Assembly: GCA_043228905.1 (NCBI GenBank)
Contig: JBHGNT010000435.1
Span: 1-25,796, forward strand
Source: Azolla caroliniana
Lineage: Eukaryota > Plantae > Polypodiophyta
Length of the DNA stretch: 25,796 nt
Direction: 5' to 3'
A model generated the notes under the pieces. The model worked only from the letters and a program-made list of their open reading frames with translations. It was not told the DNA's origin and searched no databases. Made by a program: the position numbers and the translations under genes. How positions within the stretch are numbered: the first letter of the stretch is position 1; every line of letters starts with the position of its first letter. Below are positions 1-10,520 of this stretch, in pieces.

Positions 1-2370
1 AACTGCGCGGCAGTATCGGTCCGATATAGTAGCCCCCGATCCTTAGTGCCACTAACGTACCGGAGTATGCGTTGTGCACACTTAAGGTGCTCCTCGGTCG
101 TTTGCACCATGAACTGACTAATCACCATGACCGGGTAGCTGAGATCTGGTCAGGTGATGGTCAAGTATATAAGGCTTCTGACTATATGTCGAAACCTCAT
201 CCGATCGCATACCTTCCTGGAATCGGGATGAAGCTTGACGGTTCTATCCAGAGGAGTCGAGACGGACTTACAGTCGGCCATCCCGAATTTGAAGAGCATA
301 CTTAGCACGTAATTCCGTTGGCTGATCAGTATGCCTTCGGGGGTGCGCATCACTTCGATCCTGAGGAAGTAATGAAGGTCCCCCAAATCCTTCATGTCGA
401 ATGATGCCGCAAGTTGGATCTTCACATGGTCAATCTCACCTAGGTCAGCGCCAGTGATGACCAAGTCATCAATATAAAGTAAAATGCTAACCGGCCCGAG
501 TCGACCTTTCCAGATGAACAGTGAGGAATCCGATGTTGACGTCGCAAAGCCCAACCAACGCAATCATTGCGTCATCTTTGCGTTCCAGGCACGTGGGGCT
601 TGCTTTAGTCCGTAAAGGGACTTCTTTAATCGGCACACCGCCGAAGTGTTCGTTCCAGAGTGAAATCCGGGGGGTTGTACCATGTACACCTGTTCCTCAA
701 GCTCACCTTGCAGGAACACATTCTTTACATTCGTCTGATGTAAGTGCCAACCCTTTGCCGCAGCTACCGCGATCAAAACACGGATAGTCGTCATCTTCGC
801 GATTGGCGCAAACGTCTCATCGTAGTCGATGTCGTGTTTCTGCGCATAACCTTTCGCTACTAACCGGGCCTTGTATTGGTTGACCGAGCCGTCGGTGTTG
901 TACTTGACCTTGTACACCCACCTACATCCAATCAGATTCACACCCTTTGGTGCGTCAACTAGGTCCCAGGTTTCATTCCCCGCCAATGCACGCATCTCTT
1001 CCTCCAGTGCGGCACGCCAATTCGCGACTTTCGCCGCTTTTGCGTAGGTCTCCGACTCACGCACTTCCGCTACACAAGTCATGTACGCATAGTGATGCGC
1101 CATGTACTCGTTGTATCCGAACCGCACAACAGGGTTCTTCTGCCGGGTAGATCGGCGTATTTGTTCATTAGCCGATGTGGAGGCTTTCTTAGTCGACGCG
1201 GACTTCGCTCTTGAAGAGTCGGACTCACGTCAATCCGACTCATTCCTTTCCGTGTCGTAATCTGACACCTTGTTCTTCCCTTTTTCCTTGTGCGTAAGCC
1301 GACTCTTCATCGGACTGGTCGAACCGACTCAGTCGTCCATCCGGTCCGCTTAACCGAAACGAAATCGGACTCTCTTCCCAAGTTCCAATTTCAGGCTCAT
1401 CTAGAGGCATCTCGGCCTCGCTGACCTCATCGTCAGAACACGGATTAGAGGTGAGGTCCAGAGTCGGAGGCCAGTACCAGGATGCGGACTCGTCAAACAC
1501 AACATCGCGGCTCACGCGCGCTTGTTTGGTGCGAGGGTTATAACACTTATAACCCTTCCGCTCGTCCAAATAGCCGACCAAGATACACTTCTCGGCTTTC
1601 GCGTCCAACTTCCTCCGTTTCTCTTTCGGTACATGCACATATGCAATGCTACCGAAGACTCTCAAGTGTCGTAGATTTGGCTTCGTTCCGAAGTATAGCT
1701 CATGCGCCGACACCTTTTCTCCGATCCGATTCTGGATATAGACCGCGGTTCGTACCGCCTCGGCCCAATAGAACTTGGGCAAGCTCTTCTCCTCCAGCAT
1801 TGCCTGCGCCACTTCCACAACCGACCGATTCTTCCTCTCGGCCACGCCGTTTTGCTCCGGCGTGTATCTACAACAGAATTCGCGTTGAATTCCCATCTGT
1901 TGCAGATAGCCAATAAATTGACCGGAAAAGTACTCTTTTCCACCATCCGACTGCAAGCACTTGATCTTTCGTCCTATTTCTGTTTCCACGAACCCTTTGA
2001 GGTCCCGGAAACAGTTGAAGACTTCACTCTTCTTCTCGACGAGGTACATCCACGTGTGCCGCGTATAGTCGTCGATGAAGGAGACAAAATATGGACTCCC
2101 GCCAAGACTAATGTTCTGTGCCGGCCCCCATACATCGGAATGTATTAGGTCGAGCTTGTTCCGGCTCCGGTTAGGCTCATTTGGGAAAGGAAGTCGGTGT
2201 TGCTTGCCTAGCTGGCAAGCTTCACAAATTTATGCCTTCTGGCCACTAAATTTGGGCAATCCGAACACAACTTGTTTCGATTGCAGGTCCTGACGCCGTT
2301 ATAGTTGGCGTGGCTTATCCGCTTGTGCCATAAGTCGATATCTGACTCGACTTTTTGTCCTTTTGCAAAC
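1..2370 (-). pseudogene. pol: Copia-1 pol fragment: GAG-pre-integrase, integrase and RT, running off the left edge; stops and frameshifts
   Basis: ORFs 1240-2049 (YTPEQNGVAERKNR, SRDVVFDE), 564-1127 ([32 protein letters not shown]) and 150-563 (LLYIDDL). INT precedes RT, the copia order. Collinear with 3800-6200. Confidence 0.95.
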
Positions 2371-2773
2371 TGTAAAAAGTAACGTGCGGAAGCAAGTATG
2401 AAGACCGAACACAAGGAAGAAAACTCAGGTTTAATGGAGAGCTTGAGCGTACAGAGTATACGCGGGAGAGACAGAGAGAGTGAGAGAGAGAAAACACAAG
2501 AACTATATTCAACAAAAGATCTCGATTCACGACTCTATACATATGTGTGTTCCAAGAACACTTTTATCCAAGTCCTCAAAGGACTGACCGAAGGACTGAC
2601 CGTGCTTCAATGCTCTTTAAGAGCTCCTACACTAACTCCCAAATATATTCCTCACAGAATATCTTTCCTAACGGCCTCCCGGTTTACGCACTCGGCCTAA
2701 CCGATCCGTCCCAACCGATCCGGTCCTCGGCTTCTTCAGTCGATCCGGCCGATGTTGAGCTTGTCTCTCAACA
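2371..2773 (-). repeat. 3' LTR of Copia-2 (403 bp)
   Basis: tgtaaaaag...ctcaaca; about 22 substitutions versus 7645-8047 (~94.5% identity). Confidence 0.96.
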
Positions 2774-5700
2774 CTCCCCCTCAAGCTCAACTCGAGGCTC
2801 TTCGGGATCCTCGGGCTCACAGCTCCAGTTCCTCCTGGCTTCACGCCTCACTCGCACTCCTTGACCTGTTCGACTCTGCGCGCTTCGACCCTTCCGGTCA
2901 GCTTGTCTGCTCATGCGGCCCTTATCAGCTCTTCTGCTGTTGCAGTGTTCACGCTTCTCCTGCTGCCTTTTCTTCCGCTTGGGCCTCGGTTGATTCAGCG
3001 TATCTGAATCGAACATCCGAACCGACTCGGCTACCTCCGATCGGTTTTCGCTCCCGTCCGAGTTCGCTGTCTCCAACTCGTCTTTGGTCTTCTCTCCCTC
3101 GGTGGCGTCATCTTCCCCATGCGTGGTTGGCTTCGGCTCTCTCCTTCGGCTGCTCCCCTTCTGTCCGCTTTCGGACTTTTCCGCGGGTCCGCCCTCGGCT
3201 TCTTCAGCCGATCCGAAGTCGAACTCAACAACCGAGTCAACAGACTCAGTGTCGCAGCCTCCACTCCTTTCCTGCTGCTTTGCTTGGTCGTTCGGGACTA
3301 TTCTCCCCCTCAAGTTTGGCACGTCGAGGTGACGCAATCCGAGCGCACCGAAGAATTGCCGCAACTTGTCCAGACCAAGGGGCTTAGTGAAGATGTCAGC
3401 AGTCTGCCGATCCGTCGGAACGTACTAAAGTTCGATTTCACTGGAAAGGACACGCTCACGGACGAAATGGTAGTGCACTTCAATGTGCTTGGTCCGTGCG
3501 TGGAAAACAGGGTTTTTCGCGAGCTCGATGCTGCTGAGGTTGTCGCAGTAGATCGTCGTCGGATTTGACACCTCCTCTTGTAGGTCCTTAAGTAGCCGCT
3601 TCAACCATATGGCTTCGCATGTCGCGGCAGCCGCTCCTCGATACTCAGCTTCGGTGCTCGACAGTGCAACTGTCGGCTGCTTCTTATTGCTCCACGCGAT
3701 CGCGGCACTCCCGAGGGAGAACGCGTATCCGGACGTGGATCGGCGATCGGCGGCGTTGCTAGCCCAATCAACATCGGTGTAGCCGACTAACTCCACGACT
3801 GCACCGGTCCCATATAGCAGTCCCCGGTCCTTAGTGCCGTTGACATACCGAAGTATGCGTTGCGCGCATTGAAGGTGCTCCTCAGTAGGTTGCGCCATGA
3901 ACTGACTGATCACTCCAATCGGATAACTGAGGTCGGGTCGGGTGATGGTCTAGTATATGAGGTTTCCGACAATTTGTTGGAACCTCGTCGGGTCACATAC
4001 CGTTCCCGTATCGGGACGAAGCTTGACGGTTCTGTCCAGAGGAGTCGAGACTGAGTTACAATCAGCCATCCCGAATTTGAAGAGCATACTCAACACGTAA
4101 TGACGTTGGCTGATCAATATGCCTTCGGGGGTACAGATCACTTCGATCCCGAGGAAGTAATGAAGGTCCCCCAGATCCTTCATGTCGAACGATGCCGCAA
4201 GCTGGAGCTTCACGCGGTCGATTTCACGTAGGTCGGCGCCGGTGATGACCAAGTCATCAACATATAGTAAAATACTAACCAGTCTGAGTCGACCTTTCCG
4301 GATGAACAGGGAAGACTCTGGTTTTGACGTGACGAAGCCCATCCAACGCAGTTGTTGCGTGATCATCGCGTTCCAGGCACGCGGGGCTTGCTTCAGTCCG
4401 TAAAGGAACTTCTTCAGTCGGCATGGAGGCGAGGGAGTTCGTTCCAGAGTGAAATCCGGGGGGCTGTACCATGTACACCTGTTCCTCAAGGTCACCTTGC
4501 AGGAACGCATTCTTTACATCCATCTGATGTAAGTGCCACCCCTTCACCGTAGCTACTGCGAGCAAAACACGGACGATCGTCATTTTCGCGACCGGCGCAA
4601 ACCTCTCATCGTAGTCGATGCCGTGTTTCTGCGTGTAGCCCTTTGCCACTAGCCGAGCCTTGTACCGGTTGACCGAGCCATCGGTGTTGTACTTGACCTT
4701 GTACACCCACCTACACCCGATCGGTTTTACCCCTCTTGGTGCGTCAACCAGATCCCAGGTTTGTTTCTCCGCCAATGCATGGATCTCTTCCTCCATCGCG
4801 GCACGCCAATTTGCGTCTTTAGCCGCTTCTGCGTAGCTCTCCGGCTCACGCACTTCCGCTAAACGGGTCATGTACGCATAATGATGCGCCATGTACTCGT
4901 TGTATCCGAACCGCACAACAGGATTCTTCTAGCGGGTAGATCAACGTAATCTCACATTAGCCGATGTCGAGGCCTTCTTGGTTGATGCGGTCTTCACCTT
5001 TAAAGACCCATCACCGGTTCCCTCGGAGTCGGACTCGCGTCGGTCTGACTCGTTCCTATCCGTGCCGGAATCCAACACCTTCTTCTTCCCTTTCTCTTTG
5101 CGCGTAAGGCGTCTCTTCGGCTTCCTGCGCGGGCAATGCACGGCCGAGTCTCCACTACTCGCCGGCTCTTCATCGGACTGGTCGTACCGACTCAGTCGCC
5201 GGCTCTTCGCGAGTCTCGATTTCGAGATCATCCGGAGGCATCTCGGCCTCGCTGACCTCATCGATGGAGCTCGAATTGGAGTCGGGGTTCGGAGTCGGGG
5301 GCTGGTACCAGGACGCGGACTCGTCAAACACAACGTCGCGGATAACAAGCGCTTGTTTGGTGTGAGGGTTATAGCACTTATAACCCTTCTGCTCGTCCGA
5401 GTAACCGACTAAGATGCATTTCTCGGCCTTTGCGTCTAGCTTCCTCCTTTTCTCCTTCGGTACATGCACATACGCAATGCTACCGAAAACCCTCCAGTGT
5501 CGCAAGTTCGGCTTCGTTCCGAAATACAACTCGTGCGCCTACACTTTGTCTCCGATCTGGTTCTGGATGTATACCGAGGTCCTTACCGCCTCGGCCCACT
5601 AGAACTTGGGCAAGCTCTTCTCCTCCACCATTGCCCGTGCCGCTTCCACAACTGACCGATTCTTCCTCTCGGCCACGCCGTTCTGCTCTGGCGTGTATCT

Positions 5701-7572
5701 ACAACTGAATTCGCGCCGAATTCCCATTTGTTGTAGATAACCATTGAATTGACCAAAAAAGTACTCTTTCCTGCCATCCGACCGCAGGCACTTGATGTTT
5801 CGTCCCGTTTCCGTTTCCACGAACCCTTTGAGGTCCCGGAAACAGTCGAAGACTTCGCTCTTCCTCTCAATGAGGTAGATCCACGTGTGCCGCGTGTGGT
5901 CGTCCATGAAGGAGACGAAATATCCGCTCTCACCCAGATTAACGTTTTGTGCCGGCCCCCATACATCAGAGTGTATAAGGTCGAGCTTATTCTGGTTCCG
6001 GTTTTGCTCGTTGGGGAAAGGAAGTCGGTGTTGCTTCCCGAGCTGGCAGGCTTCACAAATTTGTGCCTTTCAGCCACTAAATTTGGGCAATCCGAACACA
6101 ACCTGTTTCGATTGCAGATCTTGAAGCCGCTGGTAGTTGACGTGGCCTATCCGCTTGTCCCACAAGTGGATGCTCGACTCGGTTTTTCTTCCCTTCGCAA
6201 ACATTGCGGTGCCGCCGTTAGTGGAGTCGAGGATGAACATCCTCCCGTCTCTGCGCCCTTGCGCAATCACACGGCCTTCTTCCTCAATGAAGCACCCGAG
6301 GTGTGTAAACCGAACCTCCATCCCTTGGTCGACGATCTGTCCGATCAAGACCAAGTTCTTCGTGATTGTCGGAATGTGCAGCACGTTCATGAGTTTCCCT
6401 TTCTGCCCGACATGGCTAAGGGGAACTTCTCCGACATTCGCGATCGGATGCGGAGTGTCGTCTCCAGTTGCGACTACTCCAGGTTGTATCGGTTTTTCAA
6501 GGTACGAGAACCACTGCTTATGGCTCTTCATGTGGTTTGACATGCCGGAGTCTACGTACCACACCTCATCCGATCTCGGGGTGATCCGTTTCATTGACTT
6601 TGCTTCGTGTCTCGTCACGAAGGCAGACCCTTCTGTGGCTCTCCCGGAGTCTTCGGCGTAGTGTGATCACTGCCGATTTACCTTGTCGGTATGTCCGAAG
6701 CCGTTTCTGGAACCGGTTCTCTCCGAATCGGCGCAGTTCTTCGAGCACTCACTTTCCCTGTGGCCTTTCTTGCCACAGTACCAGCACTCCACGATGGCAT
6801 TCCCTTGCCAGTTCTCATCACTTCGACTCCCCCTGTTTCCGGAGGGTCCGGAGTTGCTATCGGCATCACTTCGGTGCCTCCTTCCTTGATCTCGTCGGCC
6901 GCCTCCATTGCGCGCCGACTCGCCTCGTCCTCCACGTCCACGGGGCCTATCTCCCTCCGTGTGCAACATTCTGCTGTCGGTGTGCGTGCTTGTAGACGCA
7001 CCCGCGTTGTTCTCCTCTATCAGGAGCATTGACTGTAAGTCGAAAAAGGACGACGTATTCTCCCGGGTACACACAGCCGTCCAGAACGCTCCGAACTTCG
7101 ACGCCAAACCTCCAAGACAGATCTGGACCATCTCGCTCTCCTCGATGTTCACCTCTATGGAGGCGACAGAGTCGTAGATATCCTTAATCTTCAAGGTATA
7201 GTCCGCCACCAACAAGTCGCGTTGTCGTAGGTTGCTCAACTCCTGTCGGAGCTGAAGCTTCCTGGCTGTGGTGCTCGTGGCGAAGATCTTCTTCAGATTT
7301 TCCCACGCACCCTTCGGCGTCTTTGCATCCCGAACATAGCTCAATAGTTGTTCGCCCACACACGACGCGAAGCAGTATAATACCCTGCTCGCCGATTGCT
7401 CCCACGACGAGAAGTCTCTGTGTGTCGATTCGGGTGCCGCATCATTAGCTCCTTCGACATAACTCCAGTAGCCGTGCCCGAGCAGCTACTGGTGCATCTT
7501 GTAAGACCAAGACGCATAGTTGGTTCTGTCGAGCTTCTCTGTTGGAAGCGATCTCGCCATGCCTCTATCCAT
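2768..7572 (-). pseudogene. gag-pol: Copia-2 gag-pol polyprotein, disrupted
   Basis: Gag start MDRGMARSLPTEKLDRTNYASW; zinc knuckle CWYCGKKGHRESEC; protease WYVDSG; integrase; RT LLYVDDL; RNase H YTDVDWAS...ARTKHIEVHYHFVRE; several stops and frameshifts. Confidence 0.95.
2774..2785 (-). promoter_or_regulatory. Polypurine tract of Copia-2
   Basis: Minus strand reads CTTGAGGGGGAG directly before the 3' LTR. Confidence 0.9.
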
Positions 7573-7632
7573 CGTTCTTCTTGTTCTTCTTCGTCAAGCT
7601 GTGTCGGCTGCAGAGAGGTTCTCAACCCTCGC

Positions 7633-7644
7633 GCTCTAATACCA
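7633..7644 (-). promoter_or_regulatory. Primer-binding site (initiator tRNA-Met) of Copia-2
   Basis: Minus strand TGGTATTAGAGC abuts the 5' LTR; one mismatch to canonical TGGTATCAGAGC. Confidence 0.9.
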
Positions 7645-8047
7645 TGTAAAAAGTAACGTGCGGAAGGAATTATGAAGACCGAACACAAGGAATAAAACTC
7701 AGGTTTAATGGAGAGCTTGAGCTTACACAGTATACGTGGGAGAGATAGAGAGAGTGAGAGAGAGAAAACACAAGAACTATATTCAACAAAAGATCTCGAT
7801 TCACTACTCTATACATATGTGTGTTCCATGAACACTTTTATACAAGTCCTCGAAGGACTGACCGAAGTACTTACCGTATTTCAATGCTCTTTAAGAGCTC
7901 CTACACCAACTCCCAAATATATTCCTCACGGAATATCTTTCCTAACGGCCTCCCGGTTTACGCACTCGGCCTAACCGATCGGTCCCAACCGATCTGGTCC
8001 TCGTATTCTTCAGCCGATCCGGCCGATGTTGAGCTTGTCTCTCAACA
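7645..8047 (-). repeat. 5' LTR of Copia-2 (403 bp)
   Basis: Direct repeat of 2371-2773, adjacent to the PBS. Confidence 0.96.
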
Positions 8048-8364
8048 CGAACATTGCGGTGCCACCGTTTCTGCACCCTTGCGCAATAACTCGGCCTTCT
8101 TTCTCGATGAAGCACCCGAGATGCGTGAACTGGACTTGCATCCCCTGGTCAATGATCTGACCGACCGACACCAGATTCTTCGTGATTGTAAGGACGTGTA
8201 ACACGCTCATGAGTTTCCCTTTCTGCCCGACATGGCTCAGGGGAACTTCACCAACATTCGCAATCGGATGCGGAGTGTTGTCTCCGGTTGCGACTACTCC
8301 CGGTTGCATCCATTTTTTCCAGGTACGAGAACCACTCCTTGTGGCATGTCATGTGGTTTGACGT
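8048..8364 (-). pseudogene. Copia-1 fragment 2 (protease to pre-integrase region)
   Basis: ORF 8010-8309 (ITKNLVSVGQIIDQG) is collinear with 6200-6540 of Copia-2; 30-bp in-frame deletion. Confidence 0.92.
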
Positions 8365-8890
8365 TGTCGTTAAGATTTTCGTCCATAGGCGGAAACCGGG
8401 GTGGAAAGGGCAAGTCGGTGGTGTGCAACATGTGCACACGTGTACTAGGAAATGGTGTATAGAAATAAGAGGGGAAATTTTGTCCCACATTGTAAGGTCC
8501 CTCCCTCCTTGGGCTATAAAAGGAAGGGAGGGGTCACTTATGAAGGGTTTCCTATTTTGCGTATGAAAGGTATACCACTTAGTGTAGAGTTCTTACCATT
8601 TTAGGGTTAGGGATTCGTTTAGGGTCTCCTTCTTCATCCCCGGTTAGGGTTTTCTCATAGTTTTGGTGCGGTCCATGCGGCCACCATCGTTGTAATCAAT
8701 CGTTCACTTTAATATATCTTGGTGTGGATCTTGCTTCCATCTATTTTGGTCTATGCTTATGTGCTACTCTTCATCTTCTCATCCGGTGTTAAGCTTCCAT
8801 TTCTCATATCTTATTCTTTCTCCTCTACTCCCTAGTCCAAGACCCCCGTGGTCCCGCCCCTTCTACACGCACGCGCGTAACAACACGACA
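8365..8890 (+). repeat. 5' LTR of element A (526 bp)
   Basis: tgtcgt...cacgaca; TATAAAA at 8515-8521; about 17 substitutions versus 12551-13076 (~97% identity). Confidence 0.95.
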
Positions 8891-8894
8891 TCTT

Positions 8895-8912
8895 TGGTGA
8901 ACCCGACGTGAA
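8895..8912 (+). promoter_or_regulatory. Primer-binding site complementary to tRNA-Trp
   Basis: TGGTGAACCCGACGTGAA, 4 nt after the LTR, is the reverse complement of the plant cytosolic tRNA-Trp 3' end as recalled (…TTCACGTCGGGTTCACCA). Confidence 0.85.
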
Positions 8913-9937
8913 GGGCGGCAAGGGAGCATGAAGATGGAAGAAGACTTCGACTTCGAGGAGATGATGGCAAAGATCGTGATGGAAGCCGAACGGAAGATGG
9001 CGAAGCGAGATGTGGCTCAAAAAGCCGTCGAAAGGGTGGTCGATCGAGTCAGCCGGTTCAATGGGAATGAGGTTCCAAAATTTTTGGGAGCCTACAAGGC
9101 CGAGATGGCGAAAGGGGGCGTGGACGAGGCGATGCGGCTAGAGTATTTTCCTTGAGCGGCGGCCGTATCGGTGCACAAAGAGGTCAAGGAGCTACGAGAA
9201 GCTCACGAGTCGTGGGTGTCCTTGGAGGGAGCCCTATTGGAAGCGTATGGGTATGCGAAACCGGAGGGGCGAGGTCAGCATGAGTTGGACCGATGGGTGG
9301 CGTCGATGGAACGCCATCGGAGCGTGATGGATGCATTCCGAGAGTTCGAGCACCGTTTCTCTCAACTCTCGGAGCGAGATCGGAGATCGGTGGGGGCGGA
9401 CAAAGTCCTCCTATTTTTGAAGACGATCCATCAAGAGGAGAGGATGGACATCTTATTCGAGCTTTAAGATGATTATGTAACGCATGGTCTCACCGAGGAG
9501 TGGTCCGAGGTGGAATGGGTGTGTCGGCCACATGATGCGAGGCGGTCGGCCACAACACGGCTCGCAAGTGGCGGAGAAGAGGGAGCGGCGAGTGACTATA
9601 CACTACCACCACAAGAGAGCTCAACGCAAAACGTTTCGGAGGAGCTTGACCTAGAAGCACTAATACGGGATGCATGCGAGCTTGTGAAGGGGAAAGTCGA
9701 AGCTGAAGAAGGGCTTATTATGGAGTCAGGCCGGAGGCAATCGGAGGATGCAGAGGAAGAATCCTCCCTAAGCGTAGAAGACGGGGCCTATATGGAGGCC
9801 GGAAGAGCATACAACGACGACATGGGAGAGGCTGCGGAGCAAGCGACCCTCTTGCCTTGCAGTGAAGGGATGGCCATGGAGGCCGGTAACTATGGATTCG
9901 GGACATGGTGGCCCGAACCTTTGAGTGGGGATGAGAC

Positions 9938-10520
9938 AAGCGGCGGTGCCGCGACCTTACACACACTGGCCCTAAAGGCTCCGGCGGTCGGCCCAAGTGC
10001 CAACCTGAGACCTAGAGTGACGGGCGGTGGCGGTGGCAAGGCGGGCAACCGAGACGACGACATGGAAGAGACAGCGGCAAGCGTAATGGAGGCTTGCGCG
10101 ATCGGAGGCGGGGTAGCCGCGGACAACGACATCCGGACAGAAGTGGCTACGGACACAACGAGTGGGGGTGCCGGGTCCTTACCCACACCGGTCCTAGAAG
10201 CTCCGGCGGTCGGCCCGAGTGCCGGCGTGAGTCCTAGAGCGACGGGCGGTGGCGACGGCAAGACGGGTAACCGAGACGAGGACGAGGACGAGGAGGTAGC
10301 AAGCGTAACCGAGGCTTGCATAACCGGGGACGAGATAGCCACAGACCACGGCGTCCGAACGAACGTGGCTACAAACATGACATCGGCAAGTGACGGTACC
10401 GAGACTTTTCCTACACCTATTCTAGAGACTTCGGCGGTCGGCCCCGAGAGCCCATGTGAGACCGGAGAGACGGAAGGTGGCAGCGGCAAAGCGGACGATC
10501 GAAACGACGACGAGGAAGGT
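9938..10520 (+). repeat. In-frame coding repeat, ~2.6 copies, period 222/228 bp (74-76 aa)
   Basis: (c/t)cggcggtcggccc at 9981, 10203 and 10431; protein repeats L(K/E)(AP/TS)AVGP…TGGG.GK.GNRD. Confidence 0.85.

Larger units (their letters stand above)
2371..8047 (-). mobile_element. Copia-2: full-length, decayed Ty1/copia LTR retrotransposon inserted in Copia-1
   Basis: Two 403-bp TG...CA LTRs, PBS, PPT and gag-PR-INT-RT-RH. 5-bp TSD caaac (2366-2370) / cgaac (8048-8052) with one mismatch. Host sequence resumes across the insertion. Confidence 0.96.

Noticed and set aside
2768-3364. env-like gene in Copia-2
   Set aside because: In frame with pol, highly charged, and without a signal peptide or transmembrane segment.
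5749-6661. Plus-strand ORFs of 174-263 aa over Copia-2
   Set aside because: Antisense shadows of copia pol with no independent coding signal.
1-8047. Tandem segmental duplication or assembly duplication of a Copia
   Set aside because: The copies differ by many substitutions and private indels, and a TSD plus host continuity show a nested insertion.
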